From a filamentous cyanobacterium ESFC-1 (GTDB taxonomy: Bacteria > Cyanobacteriota > Cyanobacteriia > Cyanobacteriales > Spirulinaceae), in NCBI GenBank assembly GCA_000380225.1, contig KB904821.1, positions 5,373,661-5,397,660 on the forward strand: a DNA stretch of 24,000 bases. The letters are read 5' to 3'. The position numbers were made by a program, and so were the translations under genes. This document shows, piece after piece, positions 1-8,231 of this stretch (position 1 is its first letter; each line of letters opens with the position of its first letter). The notes under the pieces were generated by a model, which saw nothing but the letters and a program-made list of their open reading frames with translations, had not been told where the DNA came from and did not search any database.

Positions 1-259
1 CCCTACGCCCCGAATCCCGCTTGTTTCAACGCACCTCCCCAGCCCAACCCCTTATTCTTAATAAAAATAAATGTAGTTTTAACAACATTTTCCTCGTTAA
101 CTTAACTTGAGAAAAAATAAACAAACATCACACTTCTAAAATTTTCTTTAAAAATTGGCATTTTAACCCCTCATTTTCTGCCAAATGAAAAAACCAGAGC
201 TAACATGAAAGCTAGAGAGAACCAAAACCTCGCTACAGCTAACGTTCTGGGGTAACAGC

Positions 260-2935
260 ATGGTATTCAAAGTCACAACAGTTGAAGAACTTGAACTCCT
301 TATTCAAAGGGTTAAAGCCGCTCAACAAGAATATGCAAATTTCAGTCAAGAACAGGTCGATCAAATATTCAAAAAAGCAGCCTTAGCTGCCAATGCAGCT
401 CGGGTTCCCCTTGCCAAAATGGCCGTCGCAGAAACCGAAATGGGAATTGTTGAAGATAAAGTGATCAAAAATCACTTTGCTTCTGAAATTATCTACAACA
501 AATACAAAAACGAAAAAACCTGCGGCCTCATCGAAGAAGATAAATCTTTCGGCTTCCAAAAAATTGCCGAACCCGTTGGTATCCTTGCCGGGATCGTGCC
601 GACCACCAACCCCACCTCCACCGCCGTCTTCAAAGCGCTGATTGCCCTCAAAACCCGCAACGCCATCATCTTTTCGCCTCATCCCCGCGCTAAAAATTGC
701 ACCATCGAAGCCGCCCGCATCGTCCACGATGCCGCCGTAGCCGCAGGCGCACCGGAAAACATCATTGGTTGGATTGACCAACCCACGGTTCCCCTGTCCC
801 AAGCCTTGATGCAACACCAAGATATCAAGCTGATTCTGGCCACCGGCGGTCCGGGTATGGTCAAAGCCGCTTATTCTTCGGGCAATCCTTCCTTGGGCGT
901 GGGCGCAGGCAACACCCCTGCCCTGATCGACGACTCCGCCCACATCAAAATGGCCGTTTCTTCGATTCTCCTCAGCAAAACCTTCGACAACGGTATGATT
1001 TGCGCCAGCGAACAATCGGTGGTTGTCGTAGATTCGGTTTACGAAGAAGTCAGACAAGAATTTATTAAGCGGGGCGCATATTTTGTCACCGCCGACGAAC
1101 GGCAAAAACTCGGTGAAAAACTGATTGTCAACCATCACCTCAACGGGGAAGTTGTCGGCCAACCCGTTCCCAAAATTGCCGAACTCGCAGGCTTTAGCGT
1201 TCCCCCAGAAAGTCGGGTGTTAATTGCCGAAGTCGATAATGTGGGCGTAGACGAACCCTTTGCCTACGAAAAACTTTCCCCCGTTTTGGCCATGTATCGA
1301 GTTCCTGACTTTGATACTGCCGTTGAAACTGCCGAATCCCTGGTAGAATTTGGCGGACGCGGCCACACTGCCGCCCTTTATACTTCCACCTTCAACAGCG
1401 AACATATCCAGCAATTTGAAGACAAAGTACAAGCGGCCCGCGTCCTGATTAATACCCCGTCTTCTCAAGGGGCAATTGGCGATATTTACAACTTCCGTCT
1501 CGACCCCTCCCTTACCCTCGGTTGCGGGTCTTGGGGCGGTAACTCCATCAGCGAAAACGTCGAACCTAAGCACCTCCTCAACATCAAAACCGTGGCCGAA
1601 CGCCGGGAAAATATGTTGTGGTTCCGGGTTCCGCCGAAGATTTACTTCAGATACGGTTCCCTTCCTGTGGCCATTCGCGAGTTAGCTGGCAAAAAACGCG
1701 CCTTCATTGTCACGGACAAACCCATTTATGAATTGGGGATGACCAAAGAACTCGAAACCGTCCTCGAAGAAATCGACCTCACCTACGATATTTTCTATGA
1801 CGTAGAACCCGACCCCTCCCTCGATACGGTCAAACGAGGCGTGGCCATGATGGACACCTTTAACCCGGATGTCATTATCGCGATTGGTGGCGGTTCGCCG
1901 ATGGATGCGGCCAAGATTATGTGGCTGATGTACGAACACCCGGAAATCGAGTTTGAAGGCCTGGCGATGCGCTTTATGGACATCCGCAAGCGGGTGTATG
2001 ATTTACCACCCCTCGGGGAAAAAGCGATGATGGTCGCGATTCCCACGACCTCCGGGACGGGTTCGGAAGTGACTCCCTTTGCTGTGGTGACAGACCGCCG
2101 CAATCATATTAAATACCCCTTGGCGGATTATGCCTTAACGCCGACGATGGCAATTATAGACCCGCAGTTGGTCTTGAATATGCCCAAAACCCTAACCGCT
2201 TTTGGGGGGGTGGATGCTTTAACTCACGCCATTGAAGCTTATGCTTCTGTCTTCGCGTCGGAATATACGAATGGCTTGGCTTTAGAGGCGATTCGCTTGT
2301 TGTTCAAATACCTGCCGCGATCGTACAAACACGGGGCAAATGACCCGAAAGCCCGTGAAAAAGTCCACTACGCGGCAACGATGGCGGGAATGGCTTTTGC
2401 CAACAGTTTCCTCGGTATTTGTCACTCGATGGCGCACCAACTTGGCGGGATGTTCCACGTTCCCCACGGGTTAGCGAATGCTTTGTTAATTTCCCACGTT
2501 ATCCGCTATAACGCCACGGATGCGCCGTTTAAGCAAGCGACGTTCTCGCAGTATAAGTATCCGAATGCCAAATGGCGTTATTCGATGATTGCCGATTACT
2601 TGAAATTGGGCGGCGATACGGAAGATGAGAAGATTGAACGTCTGATTGCGGCGGTAGAAGACTTGAAGCAACAAGTGGACATCCCTACAGCGATGAAGGA
2701 TGCCCTGCGCGAAAGCGAAGAAGGCTACTTCGCCAAACTCGATGAGTTGGCTGACCAAGCCTTTGATGACCAGTGTACGGGTGCAAACCCCCGCTATCCG
2801 TTGATTGGCGACCTCAAACAGTTGTTGATTGATGCTTATTATGGTTCGCCTAAACCGTTGACGGCAGTGAATGGTAATGGCAATGGTCACAGCGATTCTT
2901 CAGATGTGGTAGAACCGGAAACAGTTGTGTCGTAA
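260..2935 (+). CDS. adhE: Bifunctional acetaldehyde-CoA/alcohol dehydrogenase (AdhE)
   Basis: 891-aa ORF with the full AdhE architecture. The N-terminal half is an acylating aldehyde dehydrogenase (catalytic Cys context FDNGMICASEQS). The C-terminal half is an iron-type alcohol dehydrogenase (GGGSPMDAAK, His-rich metal site CHSMAHQLGGMFHVPHG). An intrinsic terminator follows. Confidence 0.95.
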   Translation: MVFKVTTVEELELLIQRVKAAQQEYANFSQEQVDQIFKKAALAANAARVPLAKMAVAETEMGIVEDKVIKNHFASEIIYNKYKNEKTCGLIEEDKSFGFQKIAEPVGILAGIVPTTNPTSTAVFKALIALKTRNAIIFSPHPRAKNCTIEAARIVHDAAVAAGAPENIIGWIDQPTVPLSQALMQHQDIKLILATGGPGMVKAAYSSGNPSLGVGAGNTPALIDDSAHIKMAVSSILLSKTFDNGMICASEQSVVVVDSVYEEVRQEFIKRGAYFVTADERQKLGEKLIVNHHLNGEVVGQPVPKIAELAGFSVPPESRVLIAEVDNVGVDEPFAYEKLSPVLAMYRVPDFDTAVETAESLVEFGGRGHTAALYTSTFNSEHIQQFEDKVQAARVLINTPSSQGAIGDIYNFRLDPSLTLGCGSWGGNSISENVEPKHLLNIKTVAERRENMLWFRVPPKIYFRYGSLPVAIRELAGKKRAFIVTDKPIYELGMTKELETVLEEIDLTYDIFYDVEPDPSLDTVKRGVAMMDTFNPDVIIAIGGGSPMDAAKIMWLMYEHPEIEFEGLAMRFMDIRKRVYDLPPLGEKAMMVAIPTTSGTGSEVTPFAVVTDRRNHIKYPLADYALTPTMAIIDPQLVLNMPKTLTAFGGVDALTHAIEAYASVFASEYTNGLALEAIRLLFKYLPRSYKHGANDPKAREKVHYAATMAGMAFANSFLGICHSMAHQLGGMFHVPHGLANALLISHVIRYNATDAPFKQATFSQYKYPNAKWRYSMIADYLKLGGDTEDEKIERLIAAVEDLKQQVDIPTAMKDALRESEEGYFAKLDELADQAFDDQCTGANPRYPLIGDLKQLLIDAYYGSPKPLTAVNGNGNGHSDSSDVVEPETVVS

Positions 2936-2977
2936 TGAATTGAGTTTGTGGATTAAAAGACGTAGATAGTTTTGCTG

Positions 2978-3000
2978 ACCCGCTTTGTGCGGGTTTTTTG
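2978..3000 (+). terminator. Rho-independent terminator downstream of adhE
   Basis: Hairpin acccgc-tttgt-gcgggt followed directly by a T run (tttttg), about 40 nt after the adhE stop codon. Confidence 0.7.
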
Positions 3001-3104
3001 TTGGAATGCTTTATTTGGGCTTGTGGTTGGACTGGATATATAGTCATTACAATTAGTTGCCGTACAGTCATCTCCCAATAAAGGTATCGTATTATCCCTG
3101 AACC

Positions 3105-3142
3105 GCCCTCACCCCAAACCCCTCTCCCACTCCGAGAGGGGC
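3105..3142. repeat. GC-rich hairpin repeat (gccctcaccccaa(a)cccctctcc family), copy A
   Basis: The leader gccctcaccccaaacccctctcc is followed by a stem cccctctc/gagagggg. The same leader recurs at 3205 and 10021. Confidence 0.6.
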
Positions 3143-3204
3143 TGCTGGTTTTTATTTGGAATTACTATAGCAGGAGGCAAAACTGTTAGGACGTGGTGGG
3201 GTTT

Positions 3205-3257
3205 GCCCTCACCCCAACCCCTCTCCACCCCCCTCGTTCCCCCCTACAAGAGGGGGG
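3205..3257. repeat. GC-rich hairpin repeat, copy B (variant hairpin)
   Basis: Leader gccctcaccccaacccctctcc, then hairpin cccccct-acaag-agggggg. It generates the spurious ORF 3203..3445. Confidence 0.55.
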
Positions 3258-3393
3258 ATGACAGAGGAGCAATTTTTATTGAAGGGCGAGGGGCTAATTG
3301 TCTAATAAGGGATAGGAACAGATGCGGTGTCTTAACCGCTTTGGTGGTTGCTATAAAATTGGGAAGGAGGCGCGATCGCCCATCGTTTATTGA

Positions 3394-3571
3394 TGACAAG
3401 TTAAGCTCAAAATCCTCCTGTCCAGAAAGTCCTAAACCTGTGTAGGGATAATATCAACATTTGGGAAATGATGATTTAACGGGAGTAGTCGCGCCCAATA
3501 ACGTAAACTTGGACGGGGAAACCCCGCCCCTACGAGGAATTTGAGAATAGGGACTAAACCTTAACTGGACA
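3394..3571 (+). mobile_element. MITE-like non-coding element, copy 1 (imperfect TIRs)
   Basis: Left end tgacaagttaag; the reverse-complemented right end is tgtccagttaag (10/12 match). The interior is homologous to 19400..19595, including the block acgtaaacttggRcggggaaaccccgcccctacRaggaatttga with the hairpin ggcgggg-aaa-ccccgcc. No ORF. Confidence 0.5.
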
Positions 3572-3619
3572 CAATTACTCATCGTCTTTTTGAGTATTAT
3601 CGTTCGAGCGTGAAAAATT

Positions 3620-4036
3620 ATGATTTATCAAGAAGAATTAGAAATCTCTACGAAAGATAATGGCGATATGCACGATTTAACCCCCGAATTGAAAGAAATC
3701 GTGCAGAAATCGCAAATTCAAACGGGAATTGCTCATATTTTTAATATTGGCAGTACCGGGGCTATTGGGGCGATTGAATTTGAACCCGGACTGCAAAAAG
3801 ATTTACCTGAAATGCTCAATAAGTTAATTCCGGCGAGTCGGGATTATGGTCACGAACAAACCTGGCACGATGGTAATGGCCACTCCCATTTACAAGCGAC
3901 GCTTTTGGGCCCGTCGATTACTGTTCCGGTGCGTCACAATGATTTGGAATTGGGAATGTGGCAGCAGATTTTTCATTTAGAATGTGATATTAAATCGCGC
4001 CGTCGCCGCATTGTTGTGACTATTTATGGAGAGTGA
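3620..4036 (+). CDS. YjbQ/UPF0047 family protein (secondary thiamine-phosphate synthase-like)
   Basis: 138-aa ORF of the typical family size with family-like motifs: HDGNGHSHLQATLLGPS, LELGMWQQIFHLECD and a C-terminal RRRRIVVTI. Confidence 0.8.
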   Translation: MIYQEELEISTKDNGDMHDLTPELKEIVQKSQIQTGIAHIFNIGSTGAIGAIEFEPGLQKDLPEMLNKLIPASRDYGHEQTWHDGNGHSHLQATLLGPSITVPVRHNDLELGMWQQIFHLECDIKSRRRRIVVTIYGE

Positions 4037-4180
4037 TTTTGATTTTTGAGCGTTATTTTAGGGGATACTTGATCGCCCCGGTTTCTCGCTTAAAATTGTG
4101 ACTTGACTTTGTAAGCAGGTCACCCAACCAGGGATTCTCAATGGTTGTTTGTTCGGATTTGATCTGAGTTTAGAAATAAT

Positions 4181-4210
4181 GCCCTCTAACGCGATCGCGC
4201 TAGAGGGTTT
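4181..4210 (+). terminator. Possible terminator hairpin built around a HIP1 site
   Basis: Stem ccctcta/tagaggg encloses the self-complementary gcgatcgc and is followed by ttt. It lies about 145 nt downstream of the YjbQ-like gene. The T tract is short. Confidence 0.35.
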
Positions 4211-4254
4211 GATACTAATAATTGGGAAACTGGGGTTAGATTTAATTTGATATT

Positions 4255-4275
4255 AAAAATCGAGGCAGGGCCTCG
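4255..4275 (-). terminator. Rho-independent terminator of the small Zn-ribbon ORF
   Basis: On the minus strand: cgaggc-cct-gcctcg followed by attttt, about 30 nt after the stop of ORF 4305..4475. Confidence 0.5.
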
Positions 4276-4304
4276 CGATTGCAGATATGACTAAAATGGG
4301 TTGA

Positions 4305-4475
4305 TTAGGCTTGAGAATGAGTTGTTTTGGGTGTTTTTTGAGCGATCGCGTTGATGGATTTACGATTTTTTAATAAAGGGACTTTTTGGTGACAACTGGT
4401 ACAGTACCAGTAAACGCGATTGGAACTGATGTGCCGCAAGAGTTTACTAGAACAGTAGGGGCATTGATGTTTCAT
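4305..4475 (-). CDS. Small zinc-ribbon protein (56 aa), absent from the ORF track
   Basis: Manual translation: MKHQCPYCSSKLLRHISSNRVYWYCTSCHQKVPLLKNRKSINAIAQKTPKTTHSQA. It has two CxxC pairs (CPYC and CTSC) 16 residues apart and a basic tail. A terminator hairpin follows. No clear SD. Confidence 0.5.
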   Translation of the reverse strand: MKHQCPYCSSKLLRHISSNRVYWYCTSCHQKVPLLKNRKSINAIAQKTPKTTHSQA

Positions 4476-4603
4476 AAGAGTTTATCGAACTAATGATTGA
4501 GGAAAATGGATGTTGAGCTAGATGAAATTGTTCGATTTCAAGCTTGAGTTGCCTGGGAATCTTAGGAAATAAAATCAAGCAAGATTTATCAGATTGATCG
4601 AAC

Positions 4604-4660
4604 TCCCACCCCTCTTATTCCCCCAGTTTAATGGGGGATTTTGCGTAGCTAGGGGTTGGG
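4604..4660. repeat. GC-rich nested palindromic repeat (variant of the cccctc/gagggg family)
   Basis: The outer arms tcccacccct and aggggttggga are near-complementary. The inner hairpin is tccccca-gtttaa-tggggga. Confidence 0.4.
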
Positions 4661-4843
4661 AATTGTCGATGCAACGACAAGCTTATATTTTGGGCGCGAG
4701 CAAGATTATTTGAGTTGCTCAGTTTTTAGAGCAGGTGTTATCAAATGTTGTTATACTTCTTGAGTTTCATTATAAATTAGATTATTAGAAGGTGTCATCT
4801 TTCTAGAGATAGATTTTGCGCGATCGCGTCCCTAATTAAAGAC

Positions 4844-4967
4844 CTATAGTATTTTCATTTGAGAAGTAAACTCGCCTCTAGGTTTTTCTTAATAGTATAT
4901 CTATTGTAGAATTGAGACCCCGCCTCGTTTGGTGCGTCCCTTGGTGGAACTAAGGAACGAGATTAGA
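4844..4967 (+). repeat. ~125-bp dispersed repeat, copy 1 (inverted partner at 9846..9971)
   Basis: By-eye alignment to the reverse complement of 9846..9971 shows about 6 substitutions and one 2-nt indel. It contains an AT-rich block with tagaat/taaaat and the hairpin cgtcccttggtggaacYaaggaacg. Confidence 0.75.
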
Positions 4968-5046
4968 GTGTTTACATCCGATAAATACTATTTTTTCTAG
5001 TTATCCAATCAGCCACGATTAAACCCTTTCATCAGTCAGTTTAATC

Positions 5047-5078
5047 ACAAAAATAACAGCAAGGAATAGCCCTTGCTG
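5047..5078 (-). terminator. Rho-independent terminator of the rhodanese-domain gene
   Basis: On the minus strand: cagcaagg-gctatt-ccttgctg (8-bp stem) followed by ttatttttg, about 20 nt after the stop codon at 5101. Confidence 0.65.
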
Positions 5079-5100
5079 CTACATTGTCTCTCATGGGCTT

Positions 5101-5559
5101 TTATGAGCGTTCGAGGGACTTTTGGAGGGGTTCGGCGGGGTTGAATTGTTTGGCTTTGGTGGGACTAATGCCTTCGGTGGGGCCTTCAATGGCTTTCCAT
5201 GCGGATAAGCCACCTTTAACTTGAGCGATGCGCTCAAATCCAGCCGAAGCTAAAGCTTGAGCGGCTGACTGACCTTCGCTGTCATCTTTGCCGTAAACGT
5301 AGATATCGCGAGTATCTTCTAAGTTACTTTTAGCCGTTTCGACTAGGGTATCCATAGGCATATTGAGTGAACCTGTAATGCGCTCTTGTAGGTAAGTCTC
5401 GCGATCGCGCACGTCGATAATTGTTAAAGCCGGTTCACCCCAATCCAAGCGCTCTTTTAATTCGCTGGCACTCGATTCTGCGTGCATGGGTTCGGGAGAA
5501 GGAAGCGGTGCGGTAACTGTTTCTTTGGCTGATTCTACTGTATTTTGAATGTTTTCCAT
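5101..5559 (-). CDS. Rhodanese-like domain protein (active-site Cys replaced by Gly)
   Basis: 152-aa ORF with a single rhodanese fold (ALTIIDVRDRETY...GSLNMP...GGLSAWK). The loop where CxxxxxR is expected reads YVYGKDDSEGQS. Confidence 0.8.
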   Translation of the reverse strand: MENIQNTVESAKETVTAPLPSPEPMHAESSASELKERLDWGEPALTIIDVRDRETYLQERITGSLNMPMDTLVETAKSNLEDTRDIYVYGKDDSEGQSAAQALASAGFERIAQVKGGLSAWKAIEGPTEGISPTKAKQFNPAEPLQKSLERS

Positions 5560-5882
5560 AATAATCTATTTAATTCTACAATTTCGTTCTTTTCCAAGTG
5601 TAACGAGGCTTTTAATCGAATTAATCCCTCTAAGGAAACATATAAAAGTTATGATATCGCCTCATCAGGAACTCAGAAGAATGTTTTTGCCGATGATCAA
5701 CGATTTTTTGCTGTTTGGACGGGGTTGACTTTTTCCGGCAATTATTGAGTTGTACCGACGGGCTTTCTCTCTCCCGATAGACTAACCGCCCCTGATGACT
5801 CAACCTAAGATGGAGCGAAAAATAAGCATTTATTTTTATAATTCTGCCAAATCTGCGTAAATTTAGAATTTATTTAAAATTA

Positions 5883-7838
5883 ATGCCTTTAAACGTTACT
5901 CAAAAGCTCATTCAGTCTCATTTAGTCAGTGGGGAAATGACTCCGGGGACAGAAATTGGTTTGCGAATCGATCAATCTCTGACGCAGGATGCGACGGGAA
6001 CCATGGTGATGTTAGAACTCGAAGCCATGAATCTCGATCGCGTCAAAACTGAACTTTCGGTGCAATATGTAGACCACAATTTATTGCAAACTGATTATAA
6101 AAATGCTGACGATCACTTATTCTTGCGTTCGGCTTGTCAGCGTTTTGGCTTGTGGTACAGTCGCCCCGGAAACGGCATTTCCCACGCGGTACATACCGAA
6201 CGCTTTGGCATACCGGGAAAGAGTTTGATCGGGTCTGACAGCCATACTCCGGCGGCTGGTGGCATGGGAATGTTAGCGTTTGGGGCTGGCGGGATTGATG
6301 TGGCGATCGCGATCGCGGGAGAACCCATGTATGTGAAAATGCCCCAAATTATGGGAGTCAAACTCACGGGGAAGTTACCGGACTGGACGAGTGCGAAGGA
6401 TGTGGTGCTGGAAATGCTACGCCGTTATGATGTCGATGGTGGTCGCGGCAAGATTATTGAATATTATGGCGAGGGGCTAGACTGTCTCAGCGCGATGGAT
6501 CGCCATGTTATTGCCAATATGGGGACGGAATTAGGAGCAACAACCACTGTTTTTCCGTCAGATCAAAAAATTCAGCAGTTTTTACAAAGCCAAGACCGGG
6601 AAGAAGATTGGGTTGAGTTAGTGGCGGATGAGGGGGCAGAATACGATTTATACGAAGAAATTGATCTTGCCCAAATTGAGCCAATGATTGCTTGTCCGTC
6701 GAGTCCAGGGAATGTGGTGCGGGTGCAAGAAGTCGCGGGTAAAGAAGTCAATCAAGTGGTAATTGGATCGTCGGCTAATCCGGGGTTACGGGATTTTTGG
6801 ATCGTGAGTGCCATTGTCAAGGATAAAGTCGTCAGCGATCGCGTTTCTTTTGATGTTAACCCCACTTCTCGCCAAACTATTGAGAATTTAGCAGCAATTG
6901 ATAGTGCTTTTTTGGATTTAATTCACTCTGGGGCCCGGTTTCATCAAGCGGGCTGTTTGGGCTGTATTGGTATGGGTCAAGCCCCCGCTTCGGATCAAAT
7001 TTCGTTACGCACAATGCCCCGCAATTTCCCTGGGCGATCGGGAACCGCAGACGATAAGGTGTATCTGTGCAGTCCTGAAACGGCGGCCGCTGCTGCTTTG
7101 ACTGGGGAGATTACCGATCCGCGCCGTCTTGAAGATATTTATACTATGAAATATCCCCAATTTGTTCCCCCGGAAAAGGAAATCATCAATACGGATATGT
7201 TAGTTGCGCCTCCCGATAATAACTCCGAAATTGAGTTAGAAAAGGGGCCGAATATTAAGTCTTTTCCTGAGTTTGAGAAACTGCGCGATCGCGTTAATGT
7301 TCCGGTTTTATTAAAGGTGAGCGATAACATTTCTACAGATGAAATTTTACCTGCCGGGACGCGGGTTTTGCCGTATCGCAGTAACATTCCTGCCATTAGC
7401 CAATTTGTCTATTATATGGTGGATGATACTTTTAACGAACGCGCCCAAGCAGCTCAAGAAAAGTTTGGCGGCCATGTGATTGTAGCCGGGGAAAACTACG
7501 CTCAAGGATCGAGTCGGGAACACGCCGCGATCGCGCCCCGCTATCTCGGACAGGTGGCAGTTTTAGCAAAATCCTATGCTCGCATTGGCTGGCAAAATTT
7601 AGTGAACTTTGGCATTTTGCCCTTAGAGTTTGCCAACCCCGCCGATTATAACAGCATTGAAGAAGCCGACCAATTAGAGTTAGTTGATATTCGGGAATCT
7701 TTGCGCCAAAAAGCGCCGATCGCGGTACGAAATGTCAACAAAGATTTAACTTATAAAGCTCAGTATAGTTTGAGCGATCGCCAAATTGAGATTATGCTGG
7801 CCGGGGGTTTGATTAATTGGTATAAGTCCCGCAATTAG
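5883..7838 (+). CDS. Aconitase-family hydratase (~650-aa type with C-terminal swivel domain)
   Basis: 651-aa ORF with aconitase motifs: DQSLTQDATG, GSDSHT, AGCLGCIG, PRNFPGRSG, GENYAQGSSREHAA. The expected GSCTN reads GSSAN (see findings). Confidence 0.9.
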   Translation: MPLNVTQKLIQSHLVSGEMTPGTEIGLRIDQSLTQDATGTMVMLELEAMNLDRVKTELSVQYVDHNLLQTDYKNADDHLFLRSACQRFGLWYSRPGNGISHAVHTERFGIPGKSLIGSDSHTPAAGGMGMLAFGAGGIDVAIAIAGEPMYVKMPQIMGVKLTGKLPDWTSAKDVVLEMLRRYDVDGGRGKIIEYYGEGLDCLSAMDRHVIANMGTELGATTTVFPSDQKIQQFLQSQDREEDWVELVADEGAEYDLYEEIDLAQIEPMIACPSSPGNVVRVQEVAGKEVNQVVIGSSANPGLRDFWIVSAIVKDKVVSDRVSFDVNPTSRQTIENLAAIDSAFLDLIHSGARFHQAGCLGCIGMGQAPASDQISLRTMPRNFPGRSGTADDKVYLCSPETAAAAALTGEITDPRRLEDIYTMKYPQFVPPEKEIINTDMLVAPPDNNSEIELEKGPNIKSFPEFEKLRDRVNVPVLLKVSDNISTDEILPAGTRVLPYRSNIPAISQFVYYMVDDTFNERAQAAQEKFGGHVIVAGENYAQGSSREHAAIAPRYLGQVAVLAKSYARIGWQNLVNFGILPLEFANPADYNSIEEADQLELVDIRESLRQKAPIAVRNVNKDLTYKAQYSLSDRQIEIMLAGGLINWYKSRN

Positions 7839-7881
7839 GAGTTTTGCCTGGGTTTGACCCCAGCTACAAAATTCACGATAA

Positions 7882-7911
7882 CCCCGGTTTTTGAGGAAAA
7901 TCGGGGTTTTA
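7882..7911 (+). terminator. Rho-independent terminator downstream of the aconitase-family gene
   Basis: ccccggttttt-gag-gaaaatcgggg stem-loop followed by tttta, about 45 nt after the stop codon. Confidence 0.6.
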
Positions 7912-8016
7912 CCCGCCAGTTTCTATCTTGAGACTTAATCCTTGAGTTAGAATCTTATCCCTTTGGCAAGATGCGCGATCGCCTCGATTTTTGCTAATTT
8001 CAAGATAGATAGTTAC

Positions 8017-8023
8017 AGGAGGA
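8017..8023 (+). promoter_or_regulatory. Shine-Dalgarno-like site for ORF 8037..8231
   Basis: aggagga lies 13 nt upstream of the ATG at 8037. Confidence 0.4.
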
Positions 8024-8036
8024 TGAACTCTTTATT

Positions 8037-8231
8037 ATGTCTACCCAAGAACAAAGTCGCGAACTTTTTACCGAAGAACGACAAGACGGGCAAAATCGTC
8101 ATGATTCAATGGAAAATCGCGCTAAAAGTGAAAAACACGAAGACTCCGAACAAGCCCGCGAAATCGCTACCAAAAATCGGCAATATCAAGACAATCGCCA
8201 AGACACCATGCGCGATCGCGCCCAGTCTTAA
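8037..8231 (+). CDS. Small highly hydrophilic protein with an internal duplicated motif (64 aa)
   Basis: MSTQEQSRELFTEERQDGQNRHDSMENRAKSEKHEDSEQAREIATKNRQYQDNRQDTMRDRAQS. There is an SD-like site upstream. The block RQDGQNRHDSMENRAKS is repeated as RQYQDNRQDTMRDRAQS. I prefer it over the overlapping 7963..8241 frame, which has a TTG start. Confidence 0.4.
   Translation: MSTQEQSRELFTEERQDGQNRHDSMENRAKSEKHEDSEQAREIATKNRQYQDNRQDTMRDRAQS

Noticed and set aside
383-2890. Several long minus-strand ORFs inside adhE (383..1162, 1220..1573, 1795..2103, 2486..2890 and others)
   Set aside because: They lie antisense to a confidently identified, motif-rich adhE frame. Their products are low-complexity (Gly/Arg/Val-rich), as expected for shadow ORFs on the opposite strand of a GC-biased gene.
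3203-3445. 80-aa plus-strand ORF (PSPQPLSTPLVPPYKRGDD...)
   Set aside because: It is a translation of the GC-rich hairpin repeat and the left part of the MITE-like element. Pro/Gly/Arg peptides of this kind are the usual artefact of these repeats.
5545-5748. 67-aa plus-strand ORF in the rhodanese/aconitase divergent intergenic region
   Set aside because: It overlaps the rhodanese start codon region, is AT-rich with an odd composition, and has no SD. This is more likely promoter DNA.
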